Shown in pieces: positions 21,689 to 31,973 of a DNA stretch of 64,000 nucleotides (the first letter of the stretch is position 1; every line of letters starts with the position of its first letter). A program made the translations under genes and the position numbers. The DNA is from Xanthomarina sp. Its GTDB lineage: Bacteria > Bacteroidota > Bacteroidia > Flavobacteriales > Flavobacteriaceae. Under the pieces are notes generated by a model. That model was not told the origin of the DNA. It saw nothing but the letters and a program-made list of their open reading frames with translations, and made no database searches. The stretch lies in assembly GCA_035306605.1 (NCBI GenBank), contig DATGNR010000033.1; one strand, 5' to 3'.

Positions 21689-23143
21689 TTATCCTTTAGG
21701 GAAAGTTACTTTAAAAGTAGTGCCCACATCTTTTTCCGATGTAAAAGTAATACTTCCATTATAAGTTTCAACTATGTTTTTCACCATAGCAAGTCCAAGT
21801 CCCATTCCGCTTGACTTAGTAGTAAATTTAGGTTCGAAAACCTTTTGAGAGTTTACTTCTGAAATTCCTATACCATTATCGGAAATAGTAATATTTATAG
21901 AATCCGGATCTTCATAAACCCTAACTATAATTTTTTTATCCTCTCGATCATCGGGAATAGCCTGAATCCCATTTTTAACTAGGTTGTTAATTACACGAAT
22001 GAGTTGCGCCTTATCAAACCGAGCAGTAATTCTGTCGCTCTCCGAAATAAACTCGATGTAATCTTCACTAAAAATATCTAAAGCCAACCTCGTAATTTCT
22101 ACCAAATTTAAGGTTTCATTTTGTTGAGCTGGCATTTTGGCAAAATTGGAAAATGCTGAAGCTATCGAGCTCATGGTGTCAATTTGCTGGATAAGTGTTT
22201 TAGAATATTCATCTACTTTTTGATAGATATTTTCATCATTTGGATCGAACTTACGCTGAAAACTCTGAACTGTTAAACGCATAGGGGTTAAGGGGTTTTT
22301 TATCTCATGCGCCACTTGTTTTGCCATTTCCCTCCAAGCTTGTTCCCTTTCACTTTTTGCTAATTTAACAGCACTTTCTTCAAGTTCGTCTATCATGCTG
22401 TTATACGCTCTAACCAAGGTAGCTATTTCTTGGCTGGTTGCTCCAATTTCTATCTTTTTGTTATGCTTTTCAAGTCTGGTTTCATTAATCTTATCGCTAA
22501 TGGTTTTAAGAGTTTTTGTTATGTATTTGGAAAGAAAATATGCCAAGGTTATGGCTACAATCAACATAAGCATATAAGCATAACCTAAGCGCAATAAAAA
22601 CTCATTCAATTCCTTATTTAAAAAATCATCATTCTCTAAATATGGAATGTTTAAAATAGCCAAAGGCTTAAACTGATGATCTGTTATGTAGGAATAAGAA
22701 GATAAAAACACCTCATTATTTTCAATGTTTTTACTTACATGTCTATGCTCTATGGTATTGGCTAAAATATTTAAAACCTCAGCATTTAAACATTGTGTTA
22801 GAGAGTCTGTTTCAAAAGTAGCTTTGGAGGATTTAATTAGACCTCCGTCCAAATCGTATAAATTAATTTGTAGTTTGTGGATGGCTGCAATTTCGTAGAT
22901 CTCATTCTTAAAAATCAAGGACATCGTTTCGGTTGAAACCGGATAAGTGGTTTTTCTTATGGCGTAATTAATACTTTCCTTAATATTTTCTTCTTTACGT
23001 TCTAGTCGTTCGTTGTGGTAATCTCTAGCTTCTTCGTTGTATTGATAAATTGCTACGGAAGCAATTAAAATAGATGCCAACAAAACCAATAGAATCATGG
23101 CTATGAATATGCGAATTCGTAATGAAAATCTTCCTAAATACAT
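21689..23143 (-). CDS. Membrane sensor histidine kinase (HAMP, HisKA, HATPase)
   Basis: AHEIKNPLTP H-box, DNGIG, GMGLGL. Confidence 0.93.
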   Translation of the reverse strand: MYLGRFSLRIRIFIAMILLVLLASILIASVAIYQYNEEARDYHNERLERKEENIKESINYAIRKTTYPVSTETMSLIFKNEIYEIAAIHKLQINLYDLDGGLIKSSKATFETDSLTQCLNAEVLNILANTIEHRHVSKNIENNEVFLSSYSYITDHQFKPLAILNIPYLENDDFLNKELNEFLLRLGYAYMLMLIVAITLAYFLSKYITKTLKTISDKINETRLEKHNKKIEIGATSQEIATLVRAYNSMIDELEESAVKLAKSEREQAWREMAKQVAHEIKNPLTPMRLTVQSFQRKFDPNDENIYQKVDEYSKTLIQQIDTMSSIASAFSNFAKMPAQQNETLNLVEITRLALDIFSEDYIEFISESDRITARFDKAQLIRVINNLVKNGIQAIPDDREDKKIIVRVYEDPDSINITISDNGIGISEVNSQKVFEPKFTTKSSGMGLGLAMVKNIVETYNGSITFTSEKDVGTTFKVTFPKG

Positions 23144-23272
23144 GGTTAAAATTGAGCTGTGTTAAATATAACAATAATCAAACCAATTAGACTTTAACAG
23201 CGCCTAAATTTAATCTAGACTTAAGTATGATGAGTCTAAAATATTAGAGAATAGGTGTCCGGGATTAAACCG

Positions 23273-23821
23273 TTAGGCATCTGGATTCTTAGCGCGAATA
23301 TTTTTGTAGATTTTAAATCCTAACATCAATAAAATGCCTAAAACAAAAATTCCTACAACACCGAAAACCCAATGAATTGCATTTTTAAGAATTACCAAAA
23401 ACACCACTGCAAAAAGGATAAACGTGGCTCCCTCATTCCAAAGCCTCATAAAATTAGATGACTTTTTAACCACATCCTGTTGCAACTGCTTATAATAAAT
23501 GTGCGTTTTATAATGATAGATATACAATAGCAATACAAAGGTTAGTTTAACGTGCATCCAAGGTTGTTGTAGCCAAATTGGTTGCAAAATCAATAACCAA
23601 ACAGCAAAAATACTAGCTAATATAGCTGAAGGCCAAGTAATAATATTCCATAACCTTTTTGCCATTAGTTTGAGTTGTTTTCCAAGTATTTCTTTTTCTG
23701 GGGAAGGCTTGTGATAAGCTTCTATTTGATAAACAAAAAGTCTTGGAATATAGAACAAACCAGCAAACCAAGTGATGACAAAAATTAAGTGAAGTGACTT
23801 TATGTAATTGTAATATTCCAC
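23273..23821 (-). CDS. hemJ: HemJ-type protoporphyrinogen oxidase (CopD family)
   Basis: KSLHLIFVITWFAGLFYIPRLF, WMHVKL, WNE; located in the heme cluster. Confidence 0.85.
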   Translation of the reverse strand: MEYYNYIKSLHLIFVITWFAGLFYIPRLFVYQIEAYHKPSPEKEILGKQLKLMAKRLWNIITWPSAILASIFAVWLLILQPIWLQQPWMHVKLTFVLLLYIYHYKTHIYYKQLQQDVVKKSSNFMRLWNEGATFILFAVVFLVILKNAIHWVFGVVGIFVLGILLMLGFKIYKNIRAKNPDA

Positions 23822-23834
23822 AGTTTAAAAGTGC

Positions 23835-25196
23835 TTATTGATTTTCTTCCATTGTAACGATTAGGGTGGATTTCACTTCTTTGTTCAAGTAATATGCTGT
23901 TACCAAGGTGGACAATAAATCCGAAATTGGAAAAGACATCCACACACCTAATTCACCGTAAAAATAAGGTAAAATTAAAATTAAAGGGATAAAAAAGAAC
24001 CCTTGTCTAGTTAAAGTTAAGAAAAGTGCAGGAACAGCTTTTCCTATCGCTTGAAAATAAGCTGCTCCAATAAGTTGAAACGCAATAATTGGTGTTGCTG
24101 CAAAAACCCATCTCATGGCACTTGGAGTTTCTTTTAACACCTCTGGATCTTGAGTAAATAATCTAGTAATATTCTCAGGGAACACCATGAGTAATACAAA
24201 TATAATACTGGCTAAAATAACTGCGTATTTTAAGGCTGTGTTTATAACCTCTCTAACTCTTGAAAATTGCGATGCCCCGTAATTATAACCTGCAATTGGC
24301 AAGAATCCTTGAGTAATTCCAAAAACCGGAAATAAGGCAAACATGAGCATTCTTCCTACAATTGCATAGGCTGTAACAGAAGTTTCTCCCCCCAAGTCGA
24401 AAAGAATATTATTCATAAACAAGTAGGTAATACTAACAATGGCCTGTCTTGCAAGCGTAACAGCACCTAAAGAAGCTATTTCTGCAACCACTTTTTTATG
24501 AAGAAAAAGATCTGAAATTTTAATTTTTAACTCTGAATTTTTAGAGACAAAAAACCACAACACGAAACCAAAACACAGTAAATAAGAAATGGTTGTTGCC
24601 CACGCTGCTCCGGCCATTCCATGATCCAACAAATTGATAAATACGTAGTCCAGGATTAAATTCCCAACGGATGGAATCATCATGGCGTACATAGCAAATT
24701 TAGGCTTCCCTTCTGCTCTAATAACGGTGTTACCCATCATGCAAAGCCCTAGAAAGGGTACGCCATAAAGCACAATAACATAATAGATTTTAGCCGGTTC
24801 AAAAAGTGCTCCTTTACCTCCAAATGCCGGAATAATAGAATCTACATAATACAAACCTAAACCAACCATGGTAATGGTAAACAGCAAGGTTAGAGTTATC
24901 TGATTCCCAAAAGTTTTAAAGGCCTTTTCTGTTTTAGCCCCTCCAAGCGCTCGTGAAATAATAGAAGAACCTCCAATTCCAATAGCCATCCCCAAGGCAG
25001 CAATAAAAAAAGAAACAGGTAAAACGACATTAATAGCAGCAATAGCTGTAGGCCCAATCCAGTTCCCTACAAAAATGGTGTCCACAAGAATATTAAGCGA
25101 CATGACCAAAATTCCTATAGATGCCGGAACAGCCTGTCTAATTAACAGTTTTCCTATGGGTTGGGTCCCTAAATCGTTTGAAGATATTTTTGCCAT
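23835..25196 (-). CDS. MATE family efflux transporter
   Basis: DTIFVG, NLILDYVFI..GMAGAAWAT, GYNYGA; ~12 TM helices. Confidence 0.92.
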   Translation of the reverse strand: MAKISSNDLGTQPIGKLLIRQAVPASIGILVMSLNILVDTIFVGNWIGPTAIAAINVVLPVSFFIAALGMAIGIGGSSIISRALGGAKTEKAFKTFGNQITLTLLFTITMVGLGLYYVDSIIPAFGGKGALFEPAKIYYVIVLYGVPFLGLCMMGNTVIRAEGKPKFAMYAMMIPSVGNLILDYVFINLLDHGMAGAAWATTISYLLCFGFVLWFFVSKNSELKIKISDLFLHKKVVAEIASLGAVTLARQAIVSITYLFMNNILFDLGGETSVTAYAIVGRMLMFALFPVFGITQGFLPIAGYNYGASQFSRVREVINTALKYAVILASIIFVLLMVFPENITRLFTQDPEVLKETPSAMRWVFAATPIIAFQLIGAAYFQAIGKAVPALFLTLTRQGFFFIPLILILPYFYGELGVWMSFPISDLLSTLVTAYYLNKEVKSTLIVTMEENQ

Positions 25197-25205
25197 TAAA
25201 CTAAA

Positions 25206-26234
25206 TTATGCAATACTAGGTTCTGCCCAGTTTTTAATCCATTTTGCTAAAAGATTTACCCAAGGTTCATCGACATTTAAACAAGGAACGGTAGTAAATT
25301 CCTTTCCACCTATTTCGTGGAAAATTTCCTGTCCCTCCATAGCTATTTCTTCTAGGGTTTCTAAACAGTCACTAACAAAAGCAGGGGTAACAACAGCCAT
25401 ATTTTTAATCCCTTCCTTTCCTAAACGCTCAATAGTTCTATCTGTAGGTGGCTTTAACCATGGGTCGAAGCCTAAACGTGATTGAAAACTAGTAGAATAG
25501 GTTCCTGGTTTTAAATCTAGTTTTTCAGCTACTAATCTAGTCACTTCTAAACATTGATGTCTGTAGCAATACTCGTGTGCACTTGATGGAGTAACACAGC
25601 AACTTTTATCTATTTTACAATGAGATTTAGTTACATCCCTCTTATAAATATGTCGCTCTGGGACTCCGTGGTATGAAAACAATAAATGTTCGATTGATTT
25701 TCCTTCCAAGTTCTTTGAAATACTATCGCTCAAAACTTCAATGTAGTCAGGATCTTTATAGAAAGGTGGGAAATCTGTAATTTTTAAATTTGGGAAATGT
25801 TCTTTTCGAAGTTTTTCGGCAAGCACTAAAATAGTTTCCGTGGTTGCCATAGCAAATTGAGGATACAAAGGAACCAACAAAACCTCATCCACACCTTTGT
25901 CAACTAGCTCTTGCAAGCCTTTCTTAATGGTCATACTACCATAACGCATGGCTAAGGCAATTGGGTAGTTTTCTACCTTTTGTTGCACTTTTTCTTGTAA
26001 TCTTTCAGAAATAACAATGAGAGGAGAACCTTCTTCCCACCAAATCTTTTTATAAGCTTCGGCCGATGCCTTTGGTCTTGTATTCAGAATAATTCCTCTA
26101 ACTATAAGAACTCTAGCCCAATAAGGAACATCTATAACACGCTCGTCCATTAAAAACTCATCTAAATATGGTTTTAAATCTTTAGCCGTTGGACTTTCTG
26201 GTGATCCTAGATTTACAAATAATACGCCTTTCAT
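25206..26234 (-). CDS. hemH: Ferrochelatase
   Basis: NLGSP, PLYPQ, FSYHG, FQSR, FVSDCLETLEEI. Confidence 0.95.
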   Translation of the reverse strand: MKGVLFVNLGSPESPTAKDLKPYLDEFLMDERVIDVPYWARVLIVRGIILNTRPKASAEAYKKIWWEEGSPLIVISERLQEKVQQKVENYPIALAMRYGSMTIKKGLQELVDKGVDEVLLVPLYPQFAMATTETILVLAEKLRKEHFPNLKITDFPPFYKDPDYIEVLSDSISKNLEGKSIEHLLFSYHGVPERHIYKRDVTKSHCKIDKSCCVTPSSAHEYCYRHQCLEVTRLVAEKLDLKPGTYSTSFQSRLGFDPWLKPPTDRTIERLGKEGIKNMAVVTPAFVSDCLETLEEIAMEGQEIFHEIGGKEFTTVPCLNVDEPWVNLLAKWIKNWAEPSIA

Positions 26235-26302
26235 ACTTTTTCTTTTGTTTAGCGGTTAAGGGACAGAAAAATGGAATTTCCATTTTTTAAAAACATCATA
26301 TA

Positions 26303-27211
26303 TTAAGTCTGCGAAGATACCGACATTAAATATTTTTTTGGGGTGGTTCCATATTTCTTTTTAAAAGCCGAAATAAAATGGCTAGAAGTACTATAACCTA
26401 CTTTTAAACCCACCTCATTAACATTGTGATTTCCAGATTCTAACAATTTTCTTGACACTTCCATTTTATAATCAAACAAGAAACTAAACACAGAATCTCC
26501 ATAAATCTCTTTAAATCCTTCTTTCAATTTTTTTAAACTTAGTTGAATTTCATCTGCCAATTCTTGTAATGTAGGGGGCTCAGCCATTCTTGCTATAATA
26601 ATATCTTTAGCTTTTCTAATTTTAATCACATTCGTTTCATCAACCAAAAATGGACATTGCTCAATATTAGCATCTTCATTCCTATTAAAATATAAACTTA
26701 ATAACTCGTACGCTTTTCCTTTATAGTATAAGCTTTTAATAGAAGCATTTAAGTTAAAATTAATAAGTTGGTTTAACACAATGGCCATAGACGGAGTAAT
26801 CTTTCCATCCTTATAATATTTTTTATCCTTATTATCCTCGCTTAAAAAGGTTATATAATCGGCTTCTTGTGAAAATAAGCTGTGAAATTTCTTAATGGAT
26901 ATCAGCACAGAAACCAACCAAGAATTTGGCTGTGCTACTAAATGAATAGGCAGGTCGCGTTGTGGATTATATAGCAATAAGGAGTTTTCATCTTGAATAT
27001 CTAAGGCATATCTTCCTTCGTTGAAAACAAACTTACTTGAACCCTTCACGCAATAGTGAAATTGAATAAAACTACTATCTATCTCACGTTCAAGACTTTC
27101 TAAAACACCGCTTTCGTTACGATAGGTTAATACAAAGAAATCCTTTTCAATTTCTAGTTCTTCAAAAGAACCTCGAGCGATATTTTTATCATTATTAAAA
27201 CTTGTACTCAT
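26303..27211 (-). CDS. AraC-family transcriptional regulator
   Basis: C-terminal double HTH: VGLKVGYSTSSHFISAFKKKYGTTP. Confidence 0.93.
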   Translation of the reverse strand: MSTSFNNDKNIARGSFEELEIEKDFFVLTYRNESGVLESLEREIDSSFIQFHYCVKGSSKFVFNEGRYALDIQDENSLLLYNPQRDLPIHLVAQPNSWLVSVLISIKKFHSLFSQEADYITFLSEDNKDKKYYKDGKITPSMAIVLNQLINFNLNASIKSLYYKGKAYELLSLYFNRNEDANIEQCPFLVDETNVIKIRKAKDIIIARMAEPPTLQELADEIQLSLKKLKEGFKEIYGDSVFSFLFDYKMEVSRKLLESGNHNVNEVGLKVGYSTSSHFISAFKKKYGTTPKKYLMSVSSQT

Positions 27212-27220
27212 CTTTATTTA

Positions 27221-27237
27221 TTTAGATTGGTTCTAAA
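27221..27237. promoter_or_regulatory. Palindromic operator TTTAGA-TTGGT-TCTAAA (Fur-like) before the AraC gene
   Basis: Perfect 6-5-6 palindrome 10 bp upstream of the AraC ATG, in the region shared with the divergent hemA. Confidence 0.6.
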
Positions 27238-27400
27238 CTAAATAGTCTAAAAGCATTGATACGAGTGCAAAAATATGACATTTATCAGGTTTTATATAAA
27301 ATTAAAGTTAAAAAACCCGTAACGACACTTAAAGTTCTTTTAGCGTTACTTTTTGTCTAAACATAGATATACATTTGTTCCGAAAATTTCCCTATCAGGT

Positions 27401-28663
27401 ATGGAATACATGAACACATCAAAATCTACCTATTTTTACGCCATTGGCTTAAGCTATAAAAAGGCAGACGCTGAAATTAGAGGTCATTTTAGTTTGGACG
27501 ATCAAGCTAAAATTAATTTATTAAAACAAGCTAAGGAAACCGGATTAGAGAGTTTAATTGTAACATCTACTTGTAACAGAACCGAATTATACGGATTTGC
27601 AGAACATCCATATCAACTTATTAAATTACTTTGCGAAAACACTAAAGGAACCATAGAGGAGTTTCAAGATGTAGCCTATGTATACAAGGGCAAAGAAGCT
27701 GTTTCGCATATGTTTAAAGTAGGATCAGGGTTAGATAGTCAGATTCTTGGAGACTTTGAAATTATTAGTCAACTACGTTCTAGTGCAAGAGTTTCCAAAA
27801 AAGAACAACTTTTAAATGCCTTCTTAGAGCGTTTAATAAATGCCGTAATACAAGCTAGCAAACGCATTAAAACAGAAACCAACATTTCATCTGGTGCCAC
27901 CTCCGTTTCTTTTGCTTCTGTACAATACATCATGAACCATGTAGCCGATGTAAGTCATAAAAATATTTTGCTTTTTGGTACTGGAAAAATTGGAAGAAAC
28001 ACCTGTGAAAATCTTGTAAAACACACAAAAAACGAGCATATAACCTTAATAAACAGAACAAAAACTAAAGCAGAAGAAGTTGCAGGCAAATTCAATGTTT
28101 TGGTTAAGGATTATGCCAATTTACAAGAAGAAATAAATCAGTCGGATGTTTTAATTGTAGCCACTGGAGCTCAAAACCCAACGGTTGACAAGCATCTTAT
28201 TCAATCTAAAAAACCTTTATTAATTTTAGATTTATCTATTCCGAAAAATGTAAATAGCAACGTAAGGGAATTGGACCACGTAACCTTGATACATTTAGAT
28301 GATTTGTCTCAAATAACTGACGAAACCCTAGAAAAACGCAAGGAGCAAATTCCTTTGGCACAACAAATTATTTCGGAAGTTGAAACTGAATTTAACGGAT
28401 GGTTAGAAACTAGAAAATTTGCGCCAACAATTAAAGCATTAAAGCTAAAATTAAACGATTTCAAGATTGCTGAATTAGATACTCAACGTAAAAAACTACC
28501 TGATTTTAACGAAGAGCAAGCCGAAATAATCAGCAACAACATCATACAGAAAATTACTAATCACTTTGCGCATCATTTAAGGGATGACGCTAGTACCATA
28601 GACGAAAACCTAGAACTTATAAAAAAGGTTTTTCAATTAGAAGCCACTACAAACCATGTCTAA
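27401..28663 (+). CDS. hemA: Glutamyl-tRNA reductase
   Basis: STCNRTE, GLDSQILGD, GTGKIG, DLSIP. ATG at 27401 preferred because a TACATTTG promoter element lies at ~27370, inside the longer ORF. Confidence 0.95.
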   Translation: MEYMNTSKSTYFYAIGLSYKKADAEIRGHFSLDDQAKINLLKQAKETGLESLIVTSTCNRTELYGFAEHPYQLIKLLCENTKGTIEEFQDVAYVYKGKEAVSHMFKVGSGLDSQILGDFEIISQLRSSARVSKKEQLLNAFLERLINAVIQASKRIKTETNISSGATSVSFASVQYIMNHVADVSHKNILLFGTGKIGRNTCENLVKHTKNEHITLINRTKTKAEEVAGKFNVLVKDYANLQEEINQSDVLIVATGAQNPTVDKHLIQSKKPLLILDLSIPKNVNSNVRELDHVTLIHLDDLSQITDETLEKRKEQIPLAQQIISEVETEFNGWLETRKFAPTIKALKLKLNDFKIAELDTQRKKLPDFNEEQAEIISNNIIQKITNHFAHHLRDDASTIDENLELIKKVFQLEATTNHV

Positions 28664-30233
28664 AATAATTAGAATTGGAACACGCGATAGCCAGTTAGCG
28701 CTATGGCAAGCCAAAACCGTACAACAACAATTAGAACATTTAGGTCATAAAACAGAACTCGTTCCAGTAAAATCTACTGGCGATTTAGTTTTAGATAGAC
28801 CGCTATACGAATTAGGAATAACCGGTGTTTTTACTAAAACCCTAGATATAGCCATGCTAAATGGAGATATTGACATTGCGGTTCATTCTTTTAAAGATGT
28901 TCCAACTATTTTACCAATTGGTATTGTTCAAGCCGCTGTTCTTAAACGAGGAAATATTAAAGACACGTTAGTATTTAAAAATAACGAAGAGTTTTTAGCA
29001 CAAAAAGACGCCATAGTAGCTACCGGAAGTTTACGCCGACGTGCCCAATGGCTCAACAGATTCCCTACTCACACGGTTGTAGGTTTAAGAGGAAATGTTC
29101 AATTAAGGCTACAAAAACTTCAGGATAACGAAGATTGGAATGGAGCTATTTTTGCAGCAGCAGGTTTAGGCCGACTAAACATTAAACCTGAAAATATTGA
29201 AAATTTGGACTGGATGATTCCAGCTCCAGCACAAGGTGCTATTGTAATAACTGCATTAGAAGAAGATGAAGAAGTTCGAGCTATTTGTGCTGAATTAAAC
29301 CACGAAGAAACCGAAATTTGCACCACTATAGAACGTAAATTCTTAAACATACTTGAAGGAGGTTGCTCAGCACCAATTGGTGCTTTGGCCTATATTAAAG
29401 ATGAAGAAGTTACCTTTAAAGGTGTTTTATTGAGTCCGAATGGTGAGAAGAAAATTGAAGTTACTAGAACTGAAAAATTAGGCAACCACCAAAACATAGC
29501 CCAATACTGTGCAGACTACGTTATAAGTAGAGGAGGAAAAGTTATAATGAATGGTATTAAATCGGGAAATAAAAAGACTAATATCTATTCTACCAAGTCA
29601 CTAACCGAAGGGCAAATGCAACTTTTAAACACTGATATTGTAGCAACAAGTAACGATGCCATTAAAATTAGTATAAATAGAATTTCTCCGGCAGTTTTAA
29701 AAGCTCCTATGAAAAACGTGATCATCACCAGTCAAAATACTGTGGATGCTATTTTAACCAATTGCCCCAAAGAGGATTTGAAATTCGAAAATATTTATTG
29801 TGTTGGTCGTAGAACCAAACGCATGGTAGAAAAACGAATTGGAAAAGTCGTGTATTCCGAAAATTACGGAAAAGATTTAGCCGAGTATTTAGCTAAAAAC
29901 TTAAAAGAAAGAGAGGTAACTTACTTCTGCAGCAATTTAAGACTAGACTATATTCCTAGTATTTTAACTAAAAACAACATCAAAATAAACGAAATAGAAG
30001 CTTATCAAACTAAATACGATTCTTTTGAAGTTGAACAAGATATTGAAGGGGTGATGTTTTATAGCCCATCAACTGTTCAAAGTTTTATGCAGAAAAACCA
30101 CGCCAACGGCATTGCATTCTGTATTGGAGATTCCACAGCTTTAGAAGCTAGCAAACATTTTAAAGATGTTCGAGTAGCAAAAATTCCAACGGTTGAAAGT
30201 GTCATTGAATTAGTAAACGAACATTACAACTAA
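28656..30233 (+). CDS. hemC: Hydroxymethylbilane synthase fused to uroporphyrinogen-III synthase (HemC-HemD)
   Basis: GTRDSQLALWQ, AVHSFKD, GSLRR, GGCSAP, then a ~220-aa HemD-like domain (IITSQN, YCVG, FYSPSTV, CIG). Confidence 0.93.
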   Translation: MSKIIRIGTRDSQLALWQAKTVQQQLEHLGHKTELVPVKSTGDLVLDRPLYELGITGVFTKTLDIAMLNGDIDIAVHSFKDVPTILPIGIVQAAVLKRGNIKDTLVFKNNEEFLAQKDAIVATGSLRRRAQWLNRFPTHTVVGLRGNVQLRLQKLQDNEDWNGAIFAAAGLGRLNIKPENIENLDWMIPAPAQGAIVITALEEDEEVRAICAELNHEETEICTTIERKFLNILEGGCSAPIGALAYIKDEEVTFKGVLLSPNGEKKIEVTRTEKLGNHQNIAQYCADYVISRGGKVIMNGIKSGNKKTNIYSTKSLTEGQMQLLNTDIVATSNDAIKISINRISPAVLKAPMKNVIITSQNTVDAILTNCPKEDLKFENIYCVGRRTKRMVEKRIGKVVYSENYGKDLAEYLAKNLKEREVTYFCSNLRLDYIPSILTKNNIKINEIEAYQTKYDSFEVEQDIEGVMFYSPSTVQSFMQKNHANGIAFCIGDSTALEASKHFKDVRVAKIPTVESVIELVNEHYN

Positions 30234-30348
30234 AATTTCAGCCAAGGAATAAAGCACCTTGAAAAAATAAAAAGGTCATAGCAAACACAATTGTTTTTAT
30301 TGACTAAAAGAATTAAAGTACAATTAAAAAAATTCCTGAATTAAAGGG

Positions 30349-31389
30349 ATGTCAGAAAATATGAGCATAAAAAACGATTTATTTTTAAGAGCATTAAAAG
30401 GTGAAACTGTTGAACGCCCACCTGTTTGGATGATGCGTCAAGCCGGACGATATTTACCGGAATTTATGGCAATAAAAGAAAAGTACGATTTCTTTACACG
30501 TTGTCAAAAACCTGAATTAGCCAGCGAAATTACAGTTCAACCCATCCGTAGATACGGGATGGATGCCGCCATTTTATTTAGCGATATCCTAGTAATTCCT
30601 CAAGCTATGAATATTGAGGTTCAAATGAAACCCAATTTTGGTCCTTATTTACCAAATCCTATTCGCACACAAAAAGATGTTGATAACGTCATAGTTCCAG
30701 ATGTGAAAGTTGAATTGGATTACGTGTACCAAGCAGTAAAAGCTACAAAAGAACTTCTTAATGACGAGGTTCCTTTAATTGGTTTTGCTGGCTCTCCATG
30801 GACTATTTTATGCTATTGCGTACAAGGTCAAGGCAGCAAGAATTTCGACAAAGCTAAAGAGTTTTGTTTTACCAACCCTGTTGCGGCACACCAATTATTA
30901 CAGAAAATAACAGACACGACCATTGCTTATTTAAAAGAAAAAGTAAAAGCTGGTGTGAATGCCGTTCAAGTTTTCGATTCTTGGGGAGGAATGCTTTCTC
31001 CTGTAGATTATCAAGAATTCTCTTGGCAATATATTCAACAAATCATCGATGCATTAAAGGATGAAACTCCAGTAATTGCTTTTGGAAAAGGATGTTGGTT
31101 TGCACTAGACACAATGGCTAAATCGGGAGCTTCTGCTTTAGGAATAGATTGGACTTGTTCCGCTAAAAACGCACGATATTTAACTGGTGGAAACATCACA
31201 TTACAAGGGAATTTCGATCCAACAAGATTATTTTCGCCGCCAGCCGAAATCAAAAAAATGGTTCATCAAATGATTAACGAATTCGGAAAAGATAAATATA
31301 TCGTGAATTTAGGACATGGAATCCTACCTAACATTCCTTTAGATAATGCCAAAGCATTTATTGATGCTGTAAAAGAATATCGCGTTTAA
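30349..31389 (+). CDS. hemE: Uroporphyrinogen decarboxylase
   Basis: [24 protein letters not shown]. Confidence 0.97.
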   Translation: MSENMSIKNDLFLRALKGETVERPPVWMMRQAGRYLPEFMAIKEKYDFFTRCQKPELASEITVQPIRRYGMDAAILFSDILVIPQAMNIEVQMKPNFGPYLPNPIRTQKDVDNVIVPDVKVELDYVYQAVKATKELLNDEVPLIGFAGSPWTILCYCVQGQGSKNFDKAKEFCFTNPVAAHQLLQKITDTTIAYLKEKVKAGVNAVQVFDSWGGMLSPVDYQEFSWQYIQQIIDALKDETPVIAFGKGCWFALDTMAKSGASALGIDWTCSAKNARYLTGGNITLQGNFDPTRLFSPPAEIKKMVHQMINEFGKDKYIVNLGHGILPNIPLDNAKAFIDAVKEYRV

Positions 31390-31392
31390 AAA

Positions 31393-31923
31393 ATGACTTT
31401 TTCAACAGAAACATTTACACTTGAAGCGCTTAAACCAAAAGACGCTTCAAGTTTAAGTGCATTAATGATTTCTAATGGAAGAAAGTTTCAGAAGTATTTA
31501 CCCAATACTCTAGAACAAAATCTGTCTGAAAAAGATTCTAAAATCTATATATCAAAGCAAAATAAAGCTAGAAAGAATAAAACAGAATTCACTTTTGCCG
31601 TTAAGGATAAAGAAACAAAAGAGGTAGCTGGGTTAATCATTCTAAAAAACATAAATTATCAGTTAAAACAAGGGGAATTTGCGTACTGCATTGGTGCAGC
31701 GTATTCTGGCAAAGGATGGATTACTCAAAGCATTAAAGCTGCAACCAAATTTGCTCATGAAGAACTAGGATTAAAAAACTTACAAATCATTATTCATAAA
31801 ACAAATACGCGTAGCATTCACGTAGCCCAACGTTGTGGATATACTTGGACTAAAACTCTAAACCAAGAACACACTTCAGGAGAAGTAAATTTAGATATGG
31901 AGCTTTATGAATTGCATTATTAA
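31393..31923 (+). CDS. GNAT N-acetyltransferase (RimJ/RimL-like)
   Basis: EFAYCIG..YSGKGW..NTRSIHVAQRCGY. Confidence 0.88.
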   Translation: MTFSTETFTLEALKPKDASSLSALMISNGRKFQKYLPNTLEQNLSEKDSKIYISKQNKARKNKTEFTFAVKDKETKEVAGLIILKNINYQLKQGEFAYCIGAAYSGKGWITQSIKAATKFAHEELGLKNLQIIIHKTNTRSIHVAQRCGYTWTKTLNQEHTSGEVNLDMELYELHY

Positions 31924-31973
31924 AAACCCTAAATGGTCGTAGAAAGCTTTATGCTCTATTTAATCATACCAAA

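Noticed and set aside
23186-23240. TAGACT/AGTCTA short repeats between hemJ and the histidine kinase
   Set aside because: Short, imperfect and AT-rich; cannot be distinguished from chance or a weak terminator
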